Assembly: GCA_964342675.1 (NCBI GenBank)
Contig: CAYFFR010000001.1
Location: 20,981 to 84,980 of the forward strand
Length of the DNA stretch: 64,000 nt
Origin: an uncultured Gammaproteobacteria bacterium
Lineage (GTDB): Bacteria > Pseudomonadota > Gammaproteobacteria > Magnimaribacterales > D2472
Reading direction: 5' to 3'
The translations under genes were made by a program, and so were the position numbers. The notes under the pieces are model-generated. The model was not told the DNA's origin. It made no database searches and was given only the letters and a program-made list of their open reading frames with translations. Every line of letters begins with the position of its first letter. Within the stretch, counting starts at the first letter, position 1. Below are positions 56,932-64,000 of this stretch, one piece after another.

Positions 56932-57761
56932 TCAATATCTTCTAAAATAAAATTGGCGCTGGCTTTAGTCATATCTATATTATCGTGTGAAACATCAGGA
57001 ACGATCTCAAACCTCCATCTAAAAGGTATCTGATTTAATTCTGCAAAATCAACAAGACTAGAAAAGTAATTGACTCCTCTACTTAATCTATGTTTTCCTT
57101 GTTTGCGTGCTAATCGACTTTTTCTAAATGACCTCTCAGTATCAAGCTCAGCTAAAAAAATTCCTCCTTTAAGTCGTAAAAACCATTCTATTCTTTCTTT
57201 ATCTACATTGACTCCTTTAAGACCAAAAGGATATTTGTATCTATTATTTAAAAATGTATAGAAGTCAGCATTGGTCATTACAGCTTTATCTATTCTCAAA
57301 TCATTGCTGAGTAATAAATATCTATGTACAAACTGAGCTCCACCAGAGTGACCATAAATCCTATATGTATTACCAGTTAATTGAAATTTTGCATGAAAAA
57401 CGTCAAAAATCTCACCTATAATTGAGTCGAGGTATAAGGACTGATCTTTTATTTGTTTCCCATCATAATCTGACATCATTAAGGTCCCATAAAAAGGGAA
57501 GGCTTCTTTTGTGAATAAGGGTGATATAACTATTAGGTTTTTATCTTCAGCATGCGGCAACCAATCCTTTAAATACTTCTCTGCATCCCGAGATCCTCCA
57601 TGAATAATAAATAGAATTTCTGTATTTTCATTGACTTCGTTTGGTCGAGAATAAAATACCTCTATATCTGGTAAATCTGAGTATGCAAATATAGTTTGCT
57701 CAATGTATCTTGCTTGAGAGAATAAAGATAGAAAAACTAGAATATAAATATTATGCTTCAA
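56928..57761 (-). CDS. secreted alpha/beta-hydrolase-fold protein (esterase-like)
   Basis: 277 aa. Signal peptide, ILFIIHGGSRDAEKY, and nucleophile elbow GHSGG (IYGHSGGAQF). Confidence 0.55.
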   Translation of the reverse strand: MKHNIYILVFLSLFSQARYIEQTIFAYSDLPDIEVFYSRPNEVNENTEILFIIHGGSRDAEKYLKDWLPHAEDKNLIVISPLFTKEAFPFYGTLMMSDYDGKQIKDQSLYLDSIIGEIFDVFHAKFQLTGNTYRIYGHSGGAQFVHRYLLLSNDLRIDKAVMTNADFYTFLNNRYKYPFGLKGVNVDKERIEWFLRLKGGIFLAELDTERSFRKSRLARKQGKHRLSRGVNYFSSLVDFAELNQIPFRWRFEIVPDVSHDNIDMTKASANFILEDID

Positions 57762-59401
57762 TGTTTTACATGCTTTCCATTATTATTTTTTCTGAGTTCA
57801 CACTTGCCATTCTCCCAATCATTAGGATCACAATCATAGATTAATCTCCCTTGGTCTTTAAGAAGAAAATCAAGAATTTGATGAGCATGGGATCCAAAAC
57901 CTAAAGATGCATCATCTTGGAGTTCATCAAGTGGTATTGTATAAGTAGACCAATCATTTGGAGCCCTCCAACCAGGAGGTGGGACCAGTAATGATCTAGT
58001 TCCTGAGATAGGATGAAGTGCTCTCCAGCGTCTTATTTTTTCAGCCATTTCTTTTACCAAATCTGGGTGATTATAAGCAAGATTAGTATATTCATACGGA
58101 TCTTCCGCAATATTAAAGAGTTTGTTCTCTACCTTTATATCCATAAGAGAAGAAGAAATTATTTGAACTAATTTCCATTCTTTATTGAATACAGTGGTAT
58201 GGAATTCTCCATAATTAGGAGTCTCAGAAGCAAAAAAAATATCTTCCTCTAATTCAATCTCTTCTCCATAACTAATTGCGGGCCACATATTTCTTCCTAT
58301 AATTTCTTTTTTATTTAGCATTTGAATATTAGAGGCGCCTGCTAAAGTAGGAAAGATATCCATAACAGTAATTATTTCATCTGAATTTGAGTTGCTTTTT
58401 ATTTTTCCTTTCCATTTGATAGCAGCGATCACTCTTATACCTCCTTCATATGTATCTCCCTTCCCTCCCCTTAATGGAAAGTTATCTGCACCTCCACCAC
58501 CATAAGCAGCACCTCCATTATCTGAACTAAACAAGATAATAGTTTCTTCTTCTATTCCCTCTTCTTCAAGAACTTTAATAACCCTACCAATTGATTGGTC
58601 TAAAGCATCTACAACTGCAGCATATAATGGTCTGGCTGAAGGTTGAATTAATGAAGCCATTTTTCTTGCTCTATCAATAGATTTATTTCTTGTAGGTTTG
58701 CGAAGGTCTTCAAGGTCCTGATATTTAATTATTAAGTCCTCTGGTGCTTCCAAAGGTGTGTGAGGTGCTAGAAAAGGCATATACAAAAAAAATGGTTTGT
58801 CTTTATCGCGAGATTTAATCCATCTTACAGCTTCATCAGCTAATAAATAAGTTTCATACCCCAGGTCATCGATGGTCTCACCATTTCTTTGAAAGTCTAC
58901 GCCTCCTTGGTTTTGAAAAGGGGGGAAATAACCAACTTCAGTATGTAAATGTCCATAAAAATCTTCAAACCCCCTTGCATTAGGATGAAAAATTTCCTGT
59001 GAATGACCTAAATGCCACTTACCTATTAAAGCAGTTTGATACCCCGCTGCACTAAAAGACTCTGGCATTAGATGTTCATCAGGATGAATGCCATTATTCA
59101 TCCAAGGCATGATTACGCTATATGCAATCCCTAAACGCATTGGATCTCTGCCTGTCATTAATGCAGCACGAGTTGGACTACATATTGGTGTTGCATAGAA
59201 TCTGTTAAGTGTCATCCCATCTTTAAAAATAGAATCTATATTTGGCGTGTTAAATGGTGCGCCTCTAAGAGAGATATCTGCCCACCCTAAATCATCTACC
59301 AAAAAGATAATAATATTTGGTTTAGTTAGGCTGAAACTTGAAGCAAATATTAAAAATATATAAAGAGATAATCTCTGTAAGTTTCTTATAAGCATTGTCA
59401 T
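57758..59401 (-). CDS. arylsulfatase (formylglycine-dependent sulfatase family)
   Basis: 547 aa. Signal peptide, FLVDDLGWAD, formylglycine motif CSPTRAALMTGR, and GKWHLG. Confidence 0.9.
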   Translation of the reverse strand: MTMLIRNLQRLSLYIFLIFASSFSLTKPNIIIFLVDDLGWADISLRGAPFNTPNIDSIFKDGMTLNRFYATPICSPTRAALMTGRDPMRLGIAYSVIMPWMNNGIHPDEHLMPESFSAAGYQTALIGKWHLGHSQEIFHPNARGFEDFYGHLHTEVGYFPPFQNQGGVDFQRNGETIDDLGYETYLLADEAVRWIKSRDKDKPFFLYMPFLAPHTPLEAPEDLIIKYQDLEDLRKPTRNKSIDRARKMASLIQPSARPLYAAVVDALDQSIGRVIKVLEEEGIEEETIILFSSDNGGAAYGGGGADNFPLRGGKGDTYEGGIRVIAAIKWKGKIKSNSNSDEIITVMDIFPTLAGASNIQMLNKKEIIGRNMWPAISYGEEIELEEDIFFASETPNYGEFHTTVFNKEWKLVQIISSSLMDIKVENKLFNIAEDPYEYTNLAYNHPDLVKEMAEKIRRWRALHPISGTRSLLVPPPGWRAPNDWSTYTIPLDELQDDASLGFGSHAHQILDFLLKDQGRLIYDCDPNDWENGKCELRKNNNGKHVKH

Positions 59402-59439
59402 AATATATCATTCAATATGACTAAAGAGTTGTTTATTTA

Positions 59440-60558
59440 ATGATAAATAAAGAATTAAACAATAAGGATTTGATTTCAGAAATTCATGCATCAAAATTGA
59501 AACTTGTTATTGTTTCAAGTGGTGGCGGTACTGATGCTATTGCATCTTTACTAAAGCATCCTGGATCAAGTAAAACAGTTCTAGAAGCATACATTCCATA
59601 TGCTCAAGAATCATTAGACTATTATCTGTTAAAAAAACCTGACCAATATTGTTCCCTTGATACGACACTAAGCATGGCAGCAAAAGCCTATAGCGCTGCG
59701 AAACAGATTGATAAAAATAACAATATCAAGGATTTAGTGGGCATTGCTATTACTGCGACGCTATCGACTACATATAAAAAAAGAGGGTCTCATAGATTCT
59801 TCATAGTCCTTCAGACTAGAGACTATTCAAAAAGTATTTCATGTATCTTAGATAAAGGGTCAAGAACGAGAGAGATGGAAGAACAACTAGTCACTCAGTA
59901 TGTCGTAAACCTTTTAGCAGAAAATGCTAACTTACCATTTCAATACCCTAATCACAGTGAAGAAACCATTTTTAAAACAGTAGAAGCAAAAAAAGATTGG
60001 ATAAAATTAATTAACGATAAGATTGATTTCGTGTCTTCAACGAATCGTAAACCAGAATTAATATTTCCTGGTTCATTTAACCCGCTCCATTCAGGCCATA
60101 CATCAATGAAAAAACTAGCAGAGAATAAAACCGGTATGGAAGTCACATATGAAGTATGTATTCAAAATGCTGATAAACCTCCATTAAGTTACCATGCAAT
60201 AGATCGTACATTGAACCAGTTTCATGATAATGATAATTGGGTTATGACAAAAGCTGGTAAATTTTCTGACAAGGCAATGATGTTTCCTGATTCGGTTTTT
60301 ATTATTGGTGCTGATACCTTAGTCAGAATATTAAATGAAAAATTTTATTTAAGTAGAAAAGATATGATGGACCAATTAGATTTGTTTAATTCTAATAATA
60401 TCAATTTCCTTGTGTTTGGAAGAAAGTTAGATAAGAAATTTATAACCCTTCAAGATATTGATTTACCAGAACATATATCTGATAGATTTACTGGATTTGC
60501 TGAAGAAATGTTTAGAGATGACATTTCTTCCACTTTGATTAGGCTGGAGTCCTCATAA
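59440..60558 (+). CDS. two-domain protein: N-terminal CinA-C/PncC-like (NMN deamidase fold) fused to a C-terminal NMN/NaMN adenylyltransferase-like nucleotidyltransferase
   Basis: 372 aa. The N-terminal half, VSSGGGTDAIASLLKHPGSSKTVLEAYIPYAQESL, parallels PncC ESCTGG...GSS...V.YSNE.K. The C-terminal half carries both NMNAT/NadD signatures, GSFNPLHSGH and ISSTLIR. Confidence 0.65.
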   Translation: MINKELNNKDLISEIHASKLKLVIVSSGGGTDAIASLLKHPGSSKTVLEAYIPYAQESLDYYLLKKPDQYCSLDTTLSMAAKAYSAAKQIDKNNNIKDLVGIAITATLSTTYKKRGSHRFFIVLQTRDYSKSISCILDKGSRTREMEEQLVTQYVVNLLAENANLPFQYPNHSEETIFKTVEAKKDWIKLINDKIDFVSSTNRKPELIFPGSFNPLHSGHTSMKKLAENKTGMEVTYEVCIQNADKPPLSYHAIDRTLNQFHDNDNWVMTKAGKFSDKAMMFPDSVFIIGADTLVRILNEKFYLSRKDMMDQLDLFNSNNINFLVFGRKLDKKFITLQDIDLPEHISDRFTGFAEEMFRDDISSTLIRLESS

Positions 60559-60648
60559 AGACTATTTATTTACTTACAAGTTAACCTCTTAAGCTTATTT
60601 GCAATTTATAATAGTGGTTAAACTTAAAATCATTTTGGGGTGTAATTT

Positions 60649-61791
60649 ATGGATGGTTTTCTTCCATCAAAAGAACCGATTAAAGATTACTCAGTAAAAT
60701 CTGAGTCATGTCTGAGGATCAGATCTATAGCTTCAAATTTACCAAAATTATTATTAACTGGACAGCTCCAACCATTAATCAATTCTTTAAAAGATGATGA
60801 TCTATCTATCGAAGAATTATTAATCAATAAACTCACAACAGATATTAAATTAGCAATGCTAGATTTAAGCTTTATAGCGCATGGATATGTATGGGGAGAT
60901 AAGAATCCTAATCAAAGCATTCCATATGCTCTGTCTAAACCATGGGTCCAAGCAGCTCATGAACTTAATAGACCGCCTGTACTCAGTTATGCAAGTTACT
61001 GTTTAGATAATTGGTACCGAATAAATCAAGGCAAAAAAATCTCCTTAGAGAATGTCGCTTTAATTAATAACTTTTTAGGTGGAGTTGATGAAGATTGGTT
61101 TGTCACAATTCATGTATGTATTGAAAATGCAGCGTCAGGGGCTATCTCCAATGCTCATGCCTTATCAAAAATTACAGAGGATGAGGCAATCGATGAAATC
61201 TCATTATGTATAAATAACATCACAAAATCTCTCAAGCAAGTGAATAAAATTTTTGCAAGAATGCCAGAAAAATGTGATCCATATATTTATTATCATAGAG
61301 TTAGGCCTTTTATCTTTGGTTCTAAAGATAATCCTGATCTTAAAAAAGGATTAATATATGAAGGCATGTTTGATAACAAGCCGCAGTTTTATAGGGGTGA
61401 AACTGGTGCTCAAAGCAGCATTATCCCTTCTTTAGATGCAGCACTTCAGATTAAGCATTCTAATGATAGCCTAAGACATTATTTAAATGAAATGAGAGAT
61501 TACATGCCTAAAAAACATAGAAACTTTATTGCTTCACTGGAACAATCCTCAAAAACACGAAGTCTGATTTCACAATCAAAAAAATTACAAGATCAATACA
61601 ATCAATGTTTAGAGGAGATTAGATTGTTTAGAAGCATGCATCTTCAATATGCTGATACATATATTCATCAACAATCTCAAGTTAAGAATCCATTCGGTAG
61701 AGGTGGATCTACAATTACTGGTACAGGTGGAACTCCATTTATGAGTTACCTAAAAAAACATAGAGATGAAACTGAAAAACATAAAAAATAA
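60649..61791 (+). CDS. indoleamine 2,3-dioxygenase family haem protein
   Basis: 380 aa. GETGAQSSIIPSLDA (compare IDO GGSAGQSS), MRDYMPKKHRNFI (compare MRIYMPPAHRNFL), FRSMHLQY (proximal-His block SYHLQ) and GTGGTPFMSYLKKHRDET (compare GTGGTDLMNFLKTVRSTT). Confidence 0.85.
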   Translation: MDGFLPSKEPIKDYSVKSESCLRIRSIASNLPKLLLTGQLQPLINSLKDDDLSIEELLINKLTTDIKLAMLDLSFIAHGYVWGDKNPNQSIPYALSKPWVQAAHELNRPPVLSYASYCLDNWYRINQGKKISLENVALINNFLGGVDEDWFVTIHVCIENAASGAISNAHALSKITEDEAIDEISLCINNITKSLKQVNKIFARMPEKCDPYIYYHRVRPFIFGSKDNPDLKKGLIYEGMFDNKPQFYRGETGAQSSIIPSLDAALQIKHSNDSLRHYLNEMRDYMPKKHRNFIASLEQSSKTRSLISQSKKLQDQYNQCLEEIRLFRSMHLQYADTYIHQQSQVKNPFGRGGSTITGTGGTPFMSYLKKHRDETEKHKK

Positions 61792-61799
61792 AAAAATAT

Positions 61800-62003
61800 T
61801 TACTTTGTGTGCGGTGGCAATTTAGCCTCTACAAACCATTCATGAACTCTCTTAACTGGGTTAAATTTCTTTATACGAATCTTCTGGTTTTCTAGAACAA
61901 GTCTTTTTGTTTTAACTGCTAGATAATGATAAGTATGACTATCTCTAGTCTCACCTTCCGGAATCAAGTAAACCTTTGTTTGTTTTTTCTTAGAATCGGC
62001 CAT
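61800..62003 (-). CDS. ribosomal protein L33-like small basic protein (divergent, stand-alone)
   Basis: YLAVKTKRLVLENQKIRIKKFNPVKRVHEWFVEAKL parallels E. coli L33 [34 protein letters not shown]. I prefer the start at MADSKKK (62003); the track start is 62018. Assignment is by eye only. Confidence 0.45.
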   Translation of the reverse strand: MADSKKKQTKVYLIPEGETRDSHTYHYLAVKTKRLVLENQKIRIKKFNPVKRVHEWFVEAKLPPHTK

Positions 62004-62107
62004 GGCGAGATTATACATAGATTCAATTAAATAACATTATTTTTTTCATATAATCCTTTAAAACACTATATCTACAGCCTTTTTTCAAATAAAATGCTGT
62101 CTGTTTC

Positions 62108-64000
62108 ATGAAAGATTTTTACCAAAAACTATCAACAATTCTAGTAATTAATTTATTGCTGTTTAGTAGTGTTGTAAGCAGTCAAGAGTTAATTAATTTT
62201 GATGGGAAAGTTGACCCCGTAGAATGGAAAGATGCTCAAAGATTTGAGCTTATTTATGAAGTCATGCCTTCGCGCAATACTGAAGCAAAACATAAGACAA
62301 CTTCATATGTTTTATCTGATAGCAAATTTATTTACATTGGGTTTATAGCATTAATGGATCCTAATTTAATTCGTGCAACACAAAGAAATAGAGATACTGC
62401 ATGGTGGGAAGACTATGTTGCTGTGTTATTAGATCCATATGGAGATGGAAGATATGCAATCTTAGTTGGTTCAAATGCTGTGGAGTCTCAACTTGATGCA
62501 AGACAAACCTCAGATGGGGTTGAGGATAGCTCATATAATATAATTTTTGAATCAAAGACTCAGATAAATCAATCTGGTTATACCGCTGAATTCAAAATAC
62601 CATTTTCGCAACTGCAATACCCAAATTATGATAATCACAAGTGGAAAATTGGCTTTATTCGTAAGACGTTTGTTCCAGGAACTGAAACTATCAATGCTGA
62701 CTTTAAAAATTTACCTCGTAATCAATGCTTTGGCTGTCAAATTGATAAAAACATTCAATTTAAAAAAATTGAAAGTCCTAGGAGAAGATATTTATATCCA
62801 TATATTACTTTGAACCAAACTGGAAACAGAAATAACGATAATTTTAGTTTGGAAAATCCAGATCATTCAATAGGATTAAGTGGTCTATATGATATTTCTT
62901 CCACATCAACAATTGAATATACGGTTAATCCTGATTTCTCTCAAGTTGAGTCAGATGCTCCAGTTATTGATATTAATGACACATTTGCAATTTCATACCC
63001 AGAAAAAAGGACATTCTTTCTAGATGGAACCGAGTTATTAAGAAGTGATATGCAAACAATATATACACGCTCAATTAATGATACACAGAATGCGCTTAAG
63101 TATATTAGTCAATCTAAGGATGCCTCTGTATATTTATTGACTGCTACCGATTCAAATAGCCCATACTTGGCAGCAGGAGCATATGGTTCTTACTTAGGAA
63201 ATGCAGGTAAAAGTAAGATTAATGTATTGAGATATAGAAGAAATCTCAAAAATCAGTCAAATATTGGAATAATTGCAACGAATAGAGACTATCACCTAGG
63301 CGGTGATGGATCTGTAATCGAATTAGATGGATTATTGAACCTCAGTGAAAATTATGTAATGGATTTTAACTTAGCTAAATCTAGAACTAATGAAGGTTTT
63401 AATAACTTCTTGAACACAGATGATGTATTTAATAACAAAACTTATGCTATGGATGGAGAAAAATTCTCTGGCAATGCATCAAATTTACGTTTAAGAAGAA
63501 TAACTGACGGGTACTCCACTGGGGTCAGAATAAAACAAGTTTCTCCAAATTATAGATCTCATGTAGGTTTTGTTTCTAAAAATAGCTATAAAGTCAGAAA
63601 TTATTGGCAAGCTAAAACCTTTAGATCGGAAGGTAAATTCCGATTATTAAGGCTAAATTACAATAATAGAAATACCTATGATTATAGAGACCAAAAAATT
63701 AAAGAGTTCTATGAATATAGTATTTTCTTTGAAACTGACTTTGATTTAAAGGGTAAGATTGAAAGACAAATCAAACCCAGTGAAATATTTAAAGAATTTA
63801 GATTTAATAAACAAACTGAGACTGAAATGTGGATGAGCTATTACCCAAGTGAGGAATGGTATTTCCGTCTTGAATATGAATACGGTGATAGAGTTGCATA
63901 TAACGCAAACGTTCCTGCAATAGGTGATGGAAAATCATATTTAATGAAAGGTGTATTTAAATATTCGGACTCAATTAAGTTAACGTTGGAACATAATTAT
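62108..64000 (+). CDS. CBM9-like/DUF5916-family exported protein, 5' portion (continues beyond the window)
   Basis: I translated frame 2 manually from ATG 62108 and found it open for all 631 codons to the window edge. The track omits it because it has no in-window stop. Signal peptide MKDFYQKLSTILVINLLLFSSVVSSQ. Then DGKVDPVEWKDAQRFELIYEVMP...YIGF...RDTAWWEDYVAVLLDPYGDGRYAILVGSNAVESQLDA, the pattern of the CBM9-like N-domain of DUF5916 proteins. Confidence 0.6.
   Translation, partial: MKDFYQKLSTILVINLLLFSSVVSSQELINFDGKVDPVEWKDAQRFELIYEVMPSRNTEAKHKTTSYVLSDSKFIYIGFIALMDPNLIRATQRNRDTAWWEDYVAVLLDPYGDGRYAILVGSNAVESQLDARQTSDGVEDSSYNIIFESKTQINQSGYTAEFKIPFSQLQYPNYDNHKWKIGFIRKTFVPGTETINADFKNLPRNQCFGCQIDKNIQFKKIESPRRRYLYPYITLNQTGNRNNDNFSLENPDHSIGLSGLYDISSTSTIEYTVNPDFSQVESDAPVIDINDTFAISYPEKRTFFLDGTELLRSDMQTIYTRSINDTQNALKYISQSKDASVYLLTATDSNSPYLAAGAYGSYLGNAGKSKINVLRYRRNLKNQSNIGIIATNRDYHLGGDGSVIELDGLLNLSENYVMDFNLAKSRTNEGFNNFLNTDDVFNNKTYAMDGEKFSGNASNLRLRRITDGYSTGVRIKQVSPNYRSHVGFVSKNSYKVRNYWQAKTFRSEGKFRLLRLNYNNRNTYDYRDQKIKEFYEYSIFFETDFDLKGKIERQIKPSEIFKEFRFNKQTETEMWMSYYPSEEWYFRLEYEYGDRVAYNANVPAIGDGKSYLMKGVFKYSDSIKLTLEHNY

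Noticed and set aside
62361-62813. Track ORFs 62361-62555 (minus) and 62628-62813 (plus)
   Set aside because: Both are embedded in the continuous 631-codon frame-2 ORF, which has a signal peptide and family-like sequence.
1-64000. CRISPR arrays, transposases/IS elements, prophage genes, toxin-antitoxin or known defence systems
   Set aside because: I looked for regularly spaced repeats, inverted terminal repeats, and recombinase, nuclease or ATPase signature ORFs on both strands. None was found, and virtually all sequence is accounted for by the metabolic and transport genes listed.

Overview
This is an AT-rich, very tightly packed bacterial chromosomal segment. Nearly every base is coding, many adjacent genes overlap by 1-4 nt, and I found only one clear hairpin terminator. 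Gene content looks like a streamlined marine Gram-negative heterotroph, possibly a SAR86-like gammaproteobacterium; that assignment is inference only. No CRISPR array, transposase, integrase, phage gene or recognisable defence system was seen.

Main blocks, in order:
- 1-3.1 kb: trxB 3' end followed by redox genes.
- 3.2-5.5 kb: a TorF-like porin-glnK-amtB operon behind a textbook sigma-54 promoter.
- 5.5-9.9 kb: the Na+-pumping oxaloacetate decarboxylase genes oadGAB plus a linked acyltransferase.
- 13.2-21.3 kb: a long minus-strand acyl-CoA catabolic operon. It encodes an acyl-CoA synthetase, two DUF35 proteins, two thiolase-fold proteins that appear to lack the catalytic Cys, and two crotonases.
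- 22.8-33.2 kb: a phosphorus-acquisition block with a TonB receptor, beta-propeller phytase, PiT, PPK2, a short PPX and a PhoR/PhoB pair.
- 33.3-45.4 kb: an acyl-CoA synthetase, a lipoprotein subtilase with a putative C-terminal barrel, then a second catabolic operon running into ggt and a prepilin peptidase.
- 45.6-53.1 kb: tRNA-Gly(UCC) surrounded by uncharacterised secreted and membrane proteins, an LLM-type (luciferase-like monooxygenase family) oxidoreductase, an M48 peptidase and a PhoD-like phosphatase.
- 53.2-59.4 kb: amidohydrolase, PaaI thioesterase, a DUF4212 protein with a Na+/solute symporter, an alpha/beta hydrolase and a sulfatase.
- 59.4-64.0 kb: a PncC-like/NMNAT-like fusion next to an indoleamine 2,3-dioxygenase homologue, an L33-like ORF, and a long CBM9/DUF5916-like ORF running off the window that the ORF track omits.

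Items most worth follow-up:
- the thiolase-fold/DUF35 module that appears Cys-less;
- a recurring Pho-box-like direct-repeat motif at four loci;
- the NAD-related fusion beside the indoleamine 2,3-dioxygenase homologue;
- the family of secreted proteins of unknown function around the tRNA.
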